Assembly (NCBI RefSeq): GCF_037042905.1
Contig: NC_087245.1
Location: forward strand, 31,932,001-31,996,000
Length of the DNA stretch: 64,000 nucleotides
From: Lytechinus pictus
Taxonomy: Eukaryota
Direction: 5' to 3'
Below are positions 37,765 through 51,758 of the stretch, one piece after another. The notes under the pieces are model-generated. The model saw only the letters and a program-made list of their open reading frames with translations, was not told the origin of the DNA and ran no database searches. Position 1 is the first letter of the stretch, and each line of letters opens with the position of its first letter. Position numbers and translations under genes: made by a program.

Positions 37765-37830
37765 TAATATTATTATTATTATCATTATTATTATTATTAT
37801 TATCATTATTATCATTATTATTATTATTAC
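37765..37830. repeat. (ATT)n microsatellite; others include (GAT)n at ~44318-44350 and (TA)n at ~59680-59716
   Basis: Directly visible. Confidence 0.9.
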
Positions 37831-38770
37831 ATCACTGTTTGGAATGGAATTGGGAAGGGGGAGGAGCATCCCAATTTCCTTCCCCGTTCAGGGCCCTGGG
37901 AACGATTTTAGAGAGGGGGGGTGGTGTTGGTTTGGAAAAAAAATTATAAGAAGAAAAAAGTTTCGTTCAAACTTGAAGGTGATTTTGGTCTGTAAAAAAA
38001 ATGACAAAAAAAAAGAGATTTTGGTAAAAACTGCTGCATATGGTGAATAATGTACGCGGCACCCCTCGCTTCCCAGGGCCATGTCACAAGCAATATGTAT
38101 GGTTGCCATTCGAAGTTAAAACCTCGGAGATTGTCCCAGGTCTGTCCTCTCCCGTTTAAATAATACAAAAACGAGACTTTCTTACCACTAAATCCATTCT
38201 GATTTCAATGCGGTTCGGGGGGCCTTGGAGAAATCCTTTATATTGTTGATCACTACATTATAGGCAAACCACAAACCTTTTGTTGTATATAAATGAAAAA
38301 AAAAACCCACACATGATGAAGATTCTAGAATAGTTTGTCCGATGCCCCCCCCCTCAAGAAAAAAGAACTTGAAAACAAAAGTTTGGCTATTAGAACTAGA
38401 AAATGACGGAATATGATTTTTTTAAAGACAACAAAATAAATGGCTAATTTTAGGGAATTTAATAAACGATTAACAAACCGTTTATTTTGTCAAAATTTTA
38501 CCTAGTCCATTGCTAGATATCTAATAATTGTCAAGTAATAAGTTGCTAATATTTCAAAAGTTTACCTATTCCATTGTTACATATCTAATCAAAGTTTTTG
38601 ATATTGCCTACAAGCTTTGTCTAGTGTAGGCATATTGTCCTTGAAATTGTTAAGGAATTTAAAAACATCTAGGTAAATTGTATCCATATAAAGAAGTTTG
38701 TTTGTATGTTTATATTTTTTTAAGATCTATTAAGAAGAAAAGTCTTAAAAGAGTAAGTTCTTAGTTACAC

Positions 38771-38908
38771 CTGATTCCCGTAACACAAAGGTCAGCGATT
38801 AATCATACGCTTAATTTGTATGATTAATTGTTCGTTGCAGTCAATGCAATCAATCTTAAGAAAAAAAATTAAACGATGATTGCTAAGCTTTGTGTTGCGT
38901 GCACCAGG
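38771..38908. mobile_element. Short foldback MITE
   Basis: cgtaacacaaaggtcagcgat / attgctaagctttgtgttgcg inverted arms. Confidence 0.6.
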
Positions 38909-39075
38909 GCCCCAGCCATGTTATGATTTAGAGATTTAGACAAATTTTTTTTTAAAGAAATTTCATTTTCCAATGCTCCATATTTTTTATTTTTATAATT
39001 TTGGACAAAGAAATGAATGTTAAACTTTCTTATCTAACCATTGCCTACATATTGAAATATTTGTGGCATATCTAT

Positions 39076-39363
39076 GGAGCGTTGTGACCCAGTGGATTAG
39101 TCTTCTGACTTTGAAACAGAGGGTCGTGGGTTCGAATCCCAGCCATGGCGTAATTTCCTTCGGCAAGAAATTTATCCACATTGTGCTGCACTCAACCCAG
39201 GTGAGGTGAATGGGTACCCGGCAGGATTAATTCCTTGAATGCATGAGCGCTGAAATGCAGCTCGAGCTAAAGCCGGGGTAATAGTAATAATAACAACGCG
39301 CCTCGGAATAGAATATTTCTAGATAAATGGCGCTATATAAATGCCTATTATTATTATTATTAT
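39076..39363 (+). mobile_element. tRNA-derived SINE (same head and core as 23055, divergent 3' part)
   Basis: A and B boxes, shared core and (tat)n tail. Confidence 0.9.
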
Positions 39364-41476
39364 AAAATTTATACAAGTTATTTAATTTTGTTACTACAAT
39401 TGATCTCAGTTGCATAAGGTTTGTTCCTATTGAAATATTCCAGGGCATATAGAAATAGATATCATATCTGGTACATCAGTGACATTTTTTAATTCGTGCA
39501 AATCAATCACAGCGCGCGATCAAGTGGATTATATTGGTTTTTGAGTCGGTGATTAACAGAGGCTATCATCATCTATAAAAAAGGAACACTTTACACACAG
39601 ATAATACGTGATTCAGATTACCATCGCTTGCCATACCGGGAAATAAGTGCAATAGGCCTACAAAATCGTAATAAAGTTAATACTCCAGATAATAATTATG
39701 GCACGTAAGCGTGAAACATTTCAAAATTACAGTTAATAATCTCCTTTGGCCCGCCCAAAGTGGACGATCGAAATAATGTTGTTAGGCTTACGGAAAATTT
39801 GGGTTTTATATGCGTTTAATCGTAACATTTATCATATTATTGACGAAAGGTGATGGGTCATTCGGTAGAGTGAGGGGTTCGGATTGCAGGTTAAAACCAC
39901 TGATCAGTAGTTTCTCGTTGCTCGCGCAGAGAGAAACTACTGTACATGCAGAGTAAAAACCCTGATCAGTAGTTTTTGTATTGTATTTATTTTCCATTCA
40001 TAAAAACATGCAAAATACAAACAAAATAAAATGTGAAATGAATACATATGAATGGCTGGAATGCCCACCCAGAGTGGTAATTATTACCACTCTGTTCTGC
40101 CTGGGGGTCCAGAACGTAATAAAATAGATTAAACTATATTATAAACATGATGAACAAGCAGGAAAGAACGACATTAAACAAAATATAAAGCAATGAAAAC
40201 TAGACAATAGACTTAAAACAAAATTTAATGTTATGAGTTCAAGCTACAAGCAAATACACCCCCCCCCCTTCCCGGCAAAACAACGCGTTGCTCAGAGATC
40301 AATGAAATTTGAAATCTTAGAGCTCAAAGAAGTAATAAATGTTGTTAATTTTTTGATAAATTTCATATCTAAAGGTAAGTCATTATATAGGCGTGAACCT
40401 CTCTATATAAACATTCTACGGCAATTTTCTGTATTTGGTTTGGGCATAATTACATTACCTACGGTTCTTAAAATATATGAATGATTAAAATATTGAAATG
40501 AATCTGCTAAATATAATGGAGCCAGGCCGTTCAAGTTTCTCGTTGCTCGCGCAGAGAGAAACCACTGCACGTGCTGAGTAAACGTGCAGGGTAAAACCCC
40601 TGATCAGGGTCTTTTGGGGGTATTTTGGAACACTTTGCCTGCCATACCTGGGTGCAATTCCCACTTGGCGCGCTCATGTCCGTACGCAGCGGTGGGCAGG
40701 GGGCGGTTGCCCCACCCCCAGACATTTTAAAAACTTCAATTTTTTAATGAAAACCCCCCACAAGATTCACTAAAAGTGTGTACAATTTAACTTTAGAAAA
40801 TGCAAAAGTGTCCAAATGAAAAGCTCGGTCGCTTCGCTCGTTCACTTTTGGGTTTCTTCGAAAAGTTAAACGCATCCTGCCCCCAGGAAAAAAAAATATG
40901 CGTGCGGTCATGGAAGCGCTATATTGCACTTTAAAAATGCATTTGAGAAGACATTACTAAAGTTTTCTGTCCTCTGGCTGCTTTCTTGCAAGTATTCGTG
41001 CTTTAGTAACAATCAGGAAAAAAATAATAATCACCACCAATAATCTCACTCCCGTTGTTATGGTCGCTGATGGTTGATTCTATTAACGTGCACATATCAT
41101 CTAAACCCGAGCCCACGTATATTATGCAGGTTCAGTAAAGATTTAATAGGATTTTTTTTTATTTTAATTCAAGACAGCTTGATTTAATTTCATGAAATAT
41201 GACAACAATTGTCATTTCAAACTATTGAGGGTTTTTTTTCTCCTTTTTTTTTCAATCTGATGGCCAAAGATTTACGAAAAACGACACACATGATCGATTT
41301 CTGGTCGCAATGGTTGCAATGACGAAGAAAATGATCGGAAGCGAATGGGAGGGTTTTAATCATTTTATTATTATAATATAATTATATGATCCAGAAGGGG
41401 GAGGGGATTGTGTCTTTTTTTTTGCTAGGATCAAATTACCGTTTTAGAACATGTTGAATTCGAGATTCTCGCTTAA

Positions 41477-42181
41477 AGGCCCCCTCACACCTAACCGAAT
41501 TGTCTGAAATATGCCTTGCGATGGCTGGCGAAAGGCATTTTAAAAAAAAAATCGTTTTCAATTGTAATTGATAGTAAATCATATTTACCCTTCGTGTTTG
41601 GGTTCGTACATCTTCTGAACTAACAGCTGCGATTATTCAAATTCGCGCGGAAATTTTGAACATGTTTGAAATTTCCCGACGAATTGAAAAATCGTTGGTT
41701 ATCTGTTTGAATTCGCATCTCTTAATTAGTCTGCGGTAATCGTTCGTTCATCGTTCGTGTGTTTTTGTCGCGCATAGTCCCTCTTCGCACTTTTGCCAAA
41801 GTGGACCGATCTCGGAAGAACCCGCAACGAAGCAACACGGTGACACAACGAACAAGATTGCCTGATCTTTTCCCTCGTCTTCGTTTCTAATCGCACGCCA
41901 TATCAAACCATTGCTCACTCTTCCTTTGTCTTATTAGGTTATATCAACCCTTCGCTCGCCTTTGGCCGCAATTTTATCAAAGAGGTGAACCGAAAAATCG
42001 ATATCCTTTGCATGTCATATTTATCCTTCGCTTACCGTTTGTTGATAAAATTTGACAATAGTTACTGATCGCATGATTTGACAGAAATTTTATTTGAATT
42101 CGTTGAATTCCTTGCATTTCGTTCATTTTTCCCATTCGTCACCCTTCGTCCGCCTACTTTCGGTCAGGTGTGAGGGGGCTT
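41477..42181. mobile_element. PIF/Harbinger-like MITE, TAA TSD
   Basis: taa|aggccccctcacacctaaccgaa ... ttcggtcaggtgtgagggggctt|taa. Confidence 0.85.
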
Positions 42182-43680
42182 TAAACCCATTTCATCTCAG
42201 TTTTTCCCCAAGAAAGGTTTGATGACACGTAACCGGGGTGGTGCCACTGTTTTCACCCCTACATACCTTCCGACGCCTTGTTTTCAAACGATTTGTGCTG
42301 AGAACAGGTGCATCATCACTCCCAAATTAATTTGAGTAAGGTACTTGTGAAATGTACAAATACCCACCCCGGACGCCCCACCTCCTATGTACGTCACCCC
42401 ACCTACACTCATTACAAACTACATCGCGCGCAGAAGCATATAAATACTATATACACTGTAATGGAAAAGTGACATCCAAACAAAGCACACGGGCATAGAT
42501 GTATACCGTATTATTGATACCCTTTCATCGCTTTGGCATTCCAGTATCATCAAAGTTGCATTCCAATCCATTCCCCAAATAATTACGAGGATTCAGAATG
42601 AAAACCAGTCAAAATATACGACGCATGACATGATACGTTTACACATTTCTGTCACCATGTTACAATAAATTGGTCGTCTCAATCGATTTGATGTCCCAGT
42701 CTACGACATGGTCGTCAGACCAGCACAATACATTTTTATCGTAGTACACATGAAATTTCAGGATTATTGATATATACAAGCTGAAAAGTAATGGTTCATT
42801 AAAAGTTTCACGAATACCTTGCAAAATCATTCGGTCAGTCTTGGAAAATAAAATCAATAGAGGCAAAACCGAGAAGAGATGTAGAGGAATAACATTCCTC
42901 TGAAGTACCAATCAATTCAGTTGCATTTTTATGTATTGCTAGGTTTTTTTATAATTCGTTTTTATTGAGAAAAAAAAGATATATCATTCCCTGATTGACT
43001 TATAAATATTTAATAAGAGTCCAATCAATTTACATTCACCACAACAATACATTATTAATTTATGGTTTCTTTTCAGTTGTTTAATGACTCATAAGTAGAT
43101 GACAATGTACCAATACTTGGTATTGTCATGAAGATGCGGCTTACAAAAGGCGCCAAAAAAAACTGACGCATCGGCGCGTGGGAATGACCACTCTGCGTCA
43201 TAAAAGGGGCGGACCTATAAAATCTTTTTTCGGCAACATTCTAAGAGTGAAATAAAAGAAGAAGATTCTCCCTTGTCGCTGTAAATACGGAATATATTGT
43301 TGTTTAAGCATAGAGCTATGGTTTAAGGTAGAAAATGGGTAAAGTACGCATCCATGGAGGTTCGTGTGTCTTTTCACTAGCAAGTCAAGGTGACTCATCA
43401 ATACGATGTTTTTGTTAATACGTCGGTATTGTGTTTTTTTTTCTGGAATAATTAAAGTTGTATTGATTACTCGATGAGCGGGTGGTTTTGTGGTGTATTG
43501 TTAAAGGTGATTGTGACGTGATCATTGACGTCGCCGACGACGAGGGTGATGGTTTCGGTGAAGTCAAGGATAACAGAACGATAATATTTATGGCCTGATA
43601 CATATGTGTATGTTTACTTTGGAATTTTTTTACATGTCCAGTGTTGTTGCCCACGTGTCTAGCGTTGATTGGTGTACGTA

Positions 43681-44102
43681 GGGTTTATTTCTAATTCGTC
43701 TGGTGCCAATTCGTCCAATTGCCAACTCGTCTACTACCATTTGGTCAATCATCAGTTCGTCTACTCACCACATGGTCTACTTTCAATTAGTCTAATGTCA
43801 TTCCGTCTAATAACCAGTTGGTCCAATAGCCATTTAGTCCATATACCATTTGGTCTAATTGGAGTAAAGTGTTAATTGTGCAAAACGAATGAAAGAAAAT
43901 GGGTATTAGACCAACTGGTTATTAGACGAAATGGTCATAGACGAACTGGTGATTAGACAGAGTGATGATTGGACCAAATGGTTATTGGACGAAATGGTTG
44001 TTAGACGAAATGTTGATGGGCGGAATGGCATTAGACCGAATGAAGGTAGACCATGTGGTGAGTCAGTGGACGAGTTGGCAGTGGACGATTGGCAATTTAC
44101 CG
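43681..44102. mobile_element. Foldback MITE built of short internal repeats (tagacgaaatgg)
   Basis: tgccaactcgtc..ctcaccacatggtctac mirrored by gtagaccatgtggtgag..gacgagttggca. Confidence 0.75.
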
Positions 44103-44317
44103 TACGTACAGGACCACACCAGTCATTGGTACTCCGGTATTAACTATAATGTTAGATCAATACATGGGTGCTATTACAACACCTTCGGTTGTTTAATTTA
44201 CACCTCGCGGTGTTATGTTCAATATAAAATGTGAGTTTAACACCACGGGCAGTATAATGGAGCAAATGGAAATAGTAATCTAGATGAACAAAGTAAAGAC
44301 TATTAAATTCATTGTAT

Positions 44318-44350
<33 letters not shown>

Positions 44351-44464
44351 CAACGATGACCGTTACGGCAATACCCCGCTTCCTCATCCTTATTACAAAT
44401 ACCTTATCATCACCACGCTCATCATTGTTCGAATTGTGAAATAAGGTTCGTTTAAAGGTGGAGG

Positions 44465-45280
44465 ATTCTGCGTATATCTTATTAATTCATTTATTGATGG
44501 TAAATTCCGTATTCAACTACCATTGCTACTATAGGCTGGTCTGAAAAGGGGCCGTGTGAACAAACAAAAACATAAACTATGTTTGACGAAAAATATTTAT
44601 ATATACGTGCATACACGATATACAGAAACTAATGAAAAATAATTTCCGAGAATACATAGGAAAAATAAAATAAGAAATAAAATCAATTTTTGAATATGTA
44701 AAATTAAAATAATGAAATTCGTTAATATTTTAAATAACTTATATGCTACGTTATGTATTTAGTTACTGAAAATATTACTATGTAACAGAATATTTCGAAA
44801 TGAAATGTAAGTTACTTTGAAGTAATCAGATGCAACTTGTAAGCTTGCTACTGTTTCTTTTAGTAAATCGCAAGGAGTACTCGCGGCGTGCGTATTATAT
44901 TGATTACGCCCCCTTCAAGAATGTTGATAATCGCCAATTATTATTCAGATCTTCGTGTATTTAGTTATAATTTGGTGTATTTAGTTATTTGAAGTAATGG
45001 CTCAAGAATTCAATAATTGACAAAGAAATTAAGTTCTGGAAAGGCGGTTGGAGGTCAGTTACAAATATTTTTTTTCTACCTTAAATTAATCTTGATAGTT
45101 TAAATCGCTCTCTTTGACTACTCTTAATACAGTGTTTCTTTGAAAATGCCGAAAAGGCAATTAACGAATTTATTTTGTTATGAAAAACTTAGGCATTAAG
45201 TGTGTATACTAACATACTTGGTTAAAACTCAGGAAAGGTTAAGCGTTCTTAGCCAAAGAGCCACTGTACGGTAAAATTAA
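44465..45280 (-). mobile_element. Degraded LINE (L2/CR1-like) 3' fragment
   Basis: The minus strand has a YNT-like C-terminal remnant and a LINE-like 3' UTR/tail; heavily degenerate. Confidence 0.4.
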
Positions 45281-45695
45281 CTTTTTGAGGTTATTTTCTG
45301 AGATCTCTTTAAATGGTGGCAAATATCTGTCCTTACTTCAGAAAGACAGTAAGCACTCCGTGAATCGAAGAATACATCTAACTGCTTTCTTTTTCAAGTT
45401 ACACCATGTTCCACTAGGGTACCGTTTCAAACCAAAAAGCGATGAGAGACTTGGCCTTTCTAAAGTTGCCCCTCATCATACACCCACTCTTGGAAATATC
45501 TACATTTCAATATCTTCTAGGGTTGCCTCCTTAACCTCTCGTGTACATCGGCTCCGATTTAGATCAAGAAAATCACTTGAACTGGTTGCCGTCCTCGGTG
45601 TTTTGTTTTGTTTTGTTTGTTTGTTTTTTAATACAGCTGGTCATAAAGTAACACAACTTTAAACACGCGACAAAAACGTGATCGAAGGTAGGTAC

Positions 45696-45988
45696 CCGTG
45701 GCGTAACTATCCAAAGAGTTTGAGAGGGCCAGATAATCATGCCGTATCGAGCAATATTTAAAAAAAAAAAAAGTGAGAGAAGTGAGCGAGCTAGAAATTT
45801 CGACATTTTTATTACAAATATCCAATTATGTGATAGATTTGACATAATATTAAAAATATATATTTCACCCTTCTTTCTTTCTTTCCTTTTCTCTTTTTTA
45901 TTGGTAGTGATTTCTTTTTATTAATTTCATTTTTTTTTTTTTTTGGGGGGGGGAGCACCCCAAGCTCCTCTCTGTCTGTACGCCACTG
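45696..45988. mobile_element. Short hAT-like MITE
   Basis: ccgtggcgta / tacgccactg ends; imperfect flanks gtaggtac / gtagtaaa. Confidence 0.55.
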
Positions 45989-46256
45989 GTAGTAAATGCA
46001 TAACCTGCGAACAGTTTAATGAAACGTCCCCTATAGCTGTACATTATTATAAGGATTTACAGATTGCAATATTCAATGGCTCATGAAAATGTACATGCCA
46101 AGATTATATCAGTGAAAATGTTTTCTAAAATTGTCGATGAGACGGATTTTTATGCATTTTCTCAGCATCGTATTTGAATGCACTCGATATGGGTAGTGAA
46201 AGTTTGAATATAGATTTCACTTGCACAACTAGTTAGATTATCATGCTCGATCTACG

Positions 46257-46340
46257 GTATAAGTAAGGCAGTAAGGCAGTATAAGGCAGTAAGGCAGTAT
46301 ACGGCAGTATAAGACGGTATAAGGCAGTATAAGTAAGGCC
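46257..46340. repeat. Minisatellite (aaggcagt[at])n
   Basis: Directly visible tandem units. Confidence 0.85.
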
Positions 46341-46754
46341 TATACTTACAGATACAAGGAGTAAGTAAGAGCCTTTATACTAAAGCTTGTCTGCGCAAAT
46401 GAATGACTGTTCAAAACTCAAGCACACAAAGGTTTACCTTTAATTAATTAAAAATGGAACAATGCATTTTTTGTTGTGTAAAATAATACCGAACACTGTG
46501 TAAATTTTACCCAATGTTGAGCTGCAATGTACCCCCCAAAATTTACTCAACATTCACGACAGCCCCCCCCCCCCTTTACCTGATAATTTGGGGTGAACTT
46601 TTACTCTTTTTTTTTTCTTTTTTTAGATTGCACAGTTCTTTTCTTTTGCACAAGATTTTAATTTGTTTTATGTCATGATTTGCTGATTAATAGGAATGTT
46701 TAGATTAGTTTTTTTTCCACCCATCCACATGGCTCCAACCAACCACCTATATCT

Positions 46755-47322
46755 AAAGTTAAAGTCCACTCCAAATAAATGTTGATTTGAATACATGGGG
46801 AATAATCAAATTAGCATAACGCGGAAAATTTCATCAAAATTTGATGTAAAATAAAAAAGTTATGGAATCTTAAAATTTCGCTTATTTTTCACAAAACAGT
46901 GATGCACGATTCAGTGACATGCACATGAGATGATGTCCTTCACTCACTATTTCTTTCATTTTTTACATATTTGACAATAAGGACCAACTTGACTGAACCA
47001 CATAGCTTTAAATGATGCTAATTCAGCGGGTTTAGGGAAGAATTAATCGTTGTTTTACTTGACAATGAGGAGAAAATTTGAATATTTCATATTTGATATA
47101 ATAAAATACAAAAGAAATAGTAAGCTGATGACGTCACCAGTCTCCTCATTTGCATACCGACCATTATGTGCATGTAACTCCTTGTGAAATTAAGCAAAAT
47201 TTTTACATGTCATAACTTTCTTATTTTATAACCGATTTTGATGAAATGTTCAGTGTTATGCTTGTTGGATTTTTCTCTTTTTATTCACATCAACTTTTTG
47301 TTGGGTTGGACTTTTCTTTTAA
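46755..47322. mobile_element. TTAA-type foldback MITE (Kolobok-like); sibling at ~61783-62348
   Basis: aagtccactccaa..gttgatttgaata / tattcacatcaactttttgttgggttggactt arms; colinear internal similarity with the 61.8-62.3 kb copy. Confidence 0.8.
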
Positions 47323-49199
47323 GTTATTATAGGTCTACTTGTTGAATTCAAGCGGATTTCACGCAACTAATACGATAAGATTTTTAGGTATTAGAAAGTC
47401 TACATTCTATCTTAGTTATGGGACGTTTCTTCGTGTTCAAATGTATCGTTTTACGAAGCGTTTCACACGAAGTTACAGGTGATAAAATCATTTGTAATCA
47501 AATTTCTCCGTGTGCTCTGGGTTGAAAAAAAAATCATTGTGATGTTATTTTCACTTTGGGCGAACTACATAATTTCGGCGTTGATATTTGGCACTTTTTT
47601 CAGTCAAGAAGGGACAATACGCATTTGTTTTCTAGTCTAATCGTTTTGATAGGTACATAAGCATTGAGGTTGATCACAAAATTATCTTTAATCATGTTAA
47701 CTGGCAAATTTCTGGAATTCGGATGCTTTAATCAACGGTGTGCACACGACGTTCAACAAGTTTGAATAATCGCCAGCTGTAATCGCCAATATATTTTGTT
47801 AATACCTCGTCCCCACCGCAGGGAGAAAAGGGGATGCGTTCACACCCTCTGCACCCCTCCCTTCAGACAAATGGGATGGGACTTTTAAGAAGGGCGACAT
47901 GTTATTAGTATCAATGTTGCTATATTCATATCTTCTGTAGATAGGTAGTACATACTACCAGTCTATCAGTACACCACACCCCTTGAAAAAGCTGGTGACA
48001 CTACTGCACCGTCTTGCGATCCGTTATAATTGGCCTATCATAGCTGATCGCGAAAATCTTAATTCGAGCCGTCTAATTTGTGTTTTCTACAATCAAAGCG
48101 ATTGCTAAGACTGACCTCAAGGTTTTATAAGATCTGGCACGATCACTTTACGATTCCTGTATGATTTAGACCACGGGTTCAATCATGGCGCGAAACGTTT
48201 TTTATATTTAAGTTTTAATTGAAATAAATCATAACAATCACAATATTTACAAATGATTAGTATGATGAAAAAGCATAAAATCATGAAACATTACAATAAA
48301 AAAGAGGCAGATATAAGATTATAATTATCTAAAAGTTTTCAAGAGGGAAGCGCCGAGATAGAAACAAAAAAGACCGCCCTAAAGAAAAGGAGAACAGAAG
48401 CCAAAATAAAGAAATCGGACTAGAATGAGGACAAGCAGCTGAAGGATCCCCCGCCCCAATTCCCTCTCTCTCCCTCTCACTTTCCCTTCACTCGTACACA
48501 CACACATTAGAACCTTATCCCCGTACAAACACAAATATCTTTGCCCCCCCCCCATCCTGCATACGACACACACACACACACACGCTCACATAAAGAAAAG
48601 GGGAGGAAACCCTCAGCCACGTGGCTCCATCCAATCCAAGATCCTGCCAAATATGGACCATCAACACTTTGCAAGTTCGAGAAAAAGGTCAAGAGGTCAA
48701 ACACTCTCCAGAATACGCTTGCATAAATTAAGTCTCGGAGGTCGCCCTTGAAAGTCCATACATGAATGTATATAATATACGGACGAATCAAGCAGTACAT
48801 TCTTACATCGTACTATGCATTGAAAGATAACAGTTCAAAGATAAACATGGTTTCTTCATATAAAAATAATGTACAAACAATAATCACTAAATTATAATAC
48901 AGTGGCAGTATGAATTTTAACTTAGAGATTATTAGGTAAGGGGAACAATATAGGTATCAACAATAAATTTTAAAAAAATATATTAAAAAAAGAGAAAAAG
49001 AGAATTTAGATATCAGAATCGTGGGTCGCAGGAATAAATACAAAGGTTGGCATGAACAATTCTACAAGAAAATTCTGTAATGTAGAGGAAATAATGGAGC
49101 ATGGCGCGAAACGTGACAATGAGAACTGCAAGTGCAATGTAAAAAATACCTCTTTGACAATCTATTATCTTAGTTAATTTTTAAGTTTTTCTTCCATAG

Positions 49200-49556
49200 A
49201 GTCTATTATGTTTTACATGTATCTCGTAGTTGGCCACCCTAGTGGGGTGTGTTTGCGTGTGTTTTTGTGTGTGTTTGTGTTTATGCTGGCACTTGTTTAA
49301 TGTACATTTTGTACATATTTGTAGTCGATATATCTGTTTATTATGTATTCTCCTTTGTCATTTTATACATTTAGATCTACATCTTATTTAGAGGTATATA
49401 GGGCCCCACTCACAAGCTGTGCTTTTTCGGGGTCCTAGAAAACCGTTCATATTGTATCATGTATTCTTTTGTACCATCTGATCATTGATTTGTACTCATA
49501 TGTCTGGTTTTTTGAATAAATTGAACTTGAACTTGAACTTGAACTTGAACTTGAAC
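49200..49556 (+). mobile_element. LINE 3' UTR with (ttgaac)n tail
   Basis: gggcccc..acaagctgtgcttt..ggggtcc hairpin, then aataaa and six ttgaac units. Confidence 0.55.
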
Positions 49557-51617
49557 TAGGTATTAGTAATTACCTGAGTGTAGCTATTGTCCTTAGGTCA
49601 CGTTGTATACGCACAGTGACTAAGTTATGTACGTCATTCCCAGCAATGATTGAAAGTGAGTGGTGTGAAATCATCTTCATTGAGCAAGTTTTACCCGCGG
49701 GACAGTTGTCAGAATGACTGTGCATGTGCTTTTTAGGCTTGTCCTTCAAAGGGACGTGAAATATTGCAGACCGCAGTGAAAGAAAAACCTCAATTTATAA
49801 AATAGATTGACGGAACATGGGTGGCTGTTTTTGTTGTTTTATAGACTATGAAAAACAACTTTTACAAACAAAATAATTATATGTAGCTCACCATTCATTA
49901 AATAAACATATATATTACAGGCCAAATAATCAAATTGGACCTTTGCTGATTCGCACCAACACATATCTTTAGTAATAAGTATCCAGTCCAATTCATCGTT
50001 GTTTCCCCTGGTTCTGCATGGCAATGATGACCGTAATTATGCTTAGTGTAATCTTCTAAATGGCTCGTGGGGAAGAACCCTAAAACACATTTTTAGCCGC
50101 GAAATAATCACATGACGGACGCACACGGCTAGCACGTCCATGATGTGACGTAGATCCGCTTTATATACTGCGTGTAGTATGCTGACGTCGTACTTCTAAT
50201 TTAGAACAGATTACCGGAACCACGAAGGGGTGCAAATTCCATTCAAATAAATATTCATTTACCTTTTTGATTGCTTCTCTTCAACACTCTTAAAATAGTT
50301 GGGCAAAAAATGCCCAACTTTTAGCCAACACTGGGCAACATACTGTCCACACAACCATTGGTTAAAATCTGTCCAAATTGGCTGATAAAAACGAATAATT
50401 GGGTAGGGAATTAGATCAATAGGATAATAATTGCAAAGAATATACATATTTTTTTACCAACATAAATTACCCAACACAGTGGACAGTATGCTGCCCAACA
50501 TAAAGTGTGAAACTTGCGAAGTATTTAAAGATGTCTATTCCTATTTATAGCGATGTCTTCGCACCCACGAATCGATTGGTTTATACATCGTGAAACCGCA
50601 TGCATTCCTTGGCCCTCAACTAAAATAATTCTTGGCGAAAACCCGTGGCATTTCCGATTGTGCTGTGTGGTTTTCACTTTTGTAACTTCATTTTATTTTG
50701 ATTCTATTGGGTGGTTTTTTAATGATAGCTTGTTCCAGTGAAGTATTTTGCGACTGATGCGCACAATGCTAATCGCCATATGAGTTTCGAACGACTAGCA
50801 GGCCGTTTGAGCCAAAATGTACATATTGCCAACTTTCACGATGACCAATTTCTAGTAATTTCTCGGTTTTGGGTTCATACACACCTATTTTTTAATTTAT
50901 TTATTCATTTGTTTCATTTTTTTTTTGGGGGGGGGGGCGAAATGGATATTTTTTCTTAAAGGTAAGAAAAGTCTGGAACAAAGTTGCAAAACCGGTCATT
51001 GGTAGGGTGCTCCTTAGATGTACAATCTACAGGATATGGCACAACGTCAGTGAACTTTTCATATAGGCCTATAGTGTTTCATAAAAACAAAGTTGAGAGA
51101 TTATGGGAAGAGAATTATTGTCCACCTGCTTGCTGGTGGTTATTATGGTCATTATGGTAGTCATCTGTCTGCTAATTATGGTAATTAAGGTCATTATTTC
51201 GATATTTTAAATAAATCTTTTTACACTTTTTTTTCAACATCGCATTTACTAAAATCTAAGATTTGGTAATTACGAAAGGCTTGTTGTGGAGCCTATGATG
51301 ACTTGACTCGAATCTGGGTCATTATGACTGTACCCATGCTATGGTTTCCAGGATCCTGTAATGTAATGAGATGTGACTCGATCGTTTTTCCATAATTTAC
51401 GATGAATGATAAATCTAAGTCAACAGCTCAATTGTTGACTTCTTTTTTTAAAGCGATCAAAATCATATAACTTTCCACAATTTGTTTAGTAGGGCCTATT
51501 AAACTGCTGGTGACTAACGCTGTCTTTTTTTTTAACGTTATCAATCTTCTTTTAGTCTTTTGAAAATACTTAACTGGTAATTTATGATAATCTATAATAT
51601 TCTTTTATCTCCCGCAG

Positions 51618-51758
51618 TGTAATGGTGGCAAAGGAACCGACGTAATGTATAAGGAACTCTACAACAAGACTACGACAAAGATAATGGTCCTTGGAGCAGG
51701 CTGTTCGATTGTTACCCAACCAACAGCGCAAGCATCGCACCTGTGGAACCTGCTTCAG
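51618..51758 (+). CDS. GABBR-like: GABA-B receptor-like class C GPCR, Venus-flytrap domain exon (CNGGKGTDVMYKELYNKTTTKIMVLGAGCSIVTQPTAQASHLWNLLQ)
   Basis: Polypyrimidine tract plus gcag| acceptor and |gtaagt donor; 141 bp, phase 0-0. Motif G.GCS.V....A.....WNL.Q of GABA-B receptors. Confidence 0.92.

Noticed and set aside
42660..42911. Signal-peptide-like ORF as the receptor's first exon
   Set aside because: It is on the opposite strand to the receptor exons and lacks GABA-B N-terminal motifs.
50100..50220. Promoter with two TGACGT (CRE-like) sites
   Set aside because: Motifs are visible, but no downstream first coding exon or other support; could be an enhancer but cannot be shown from sequence alone.
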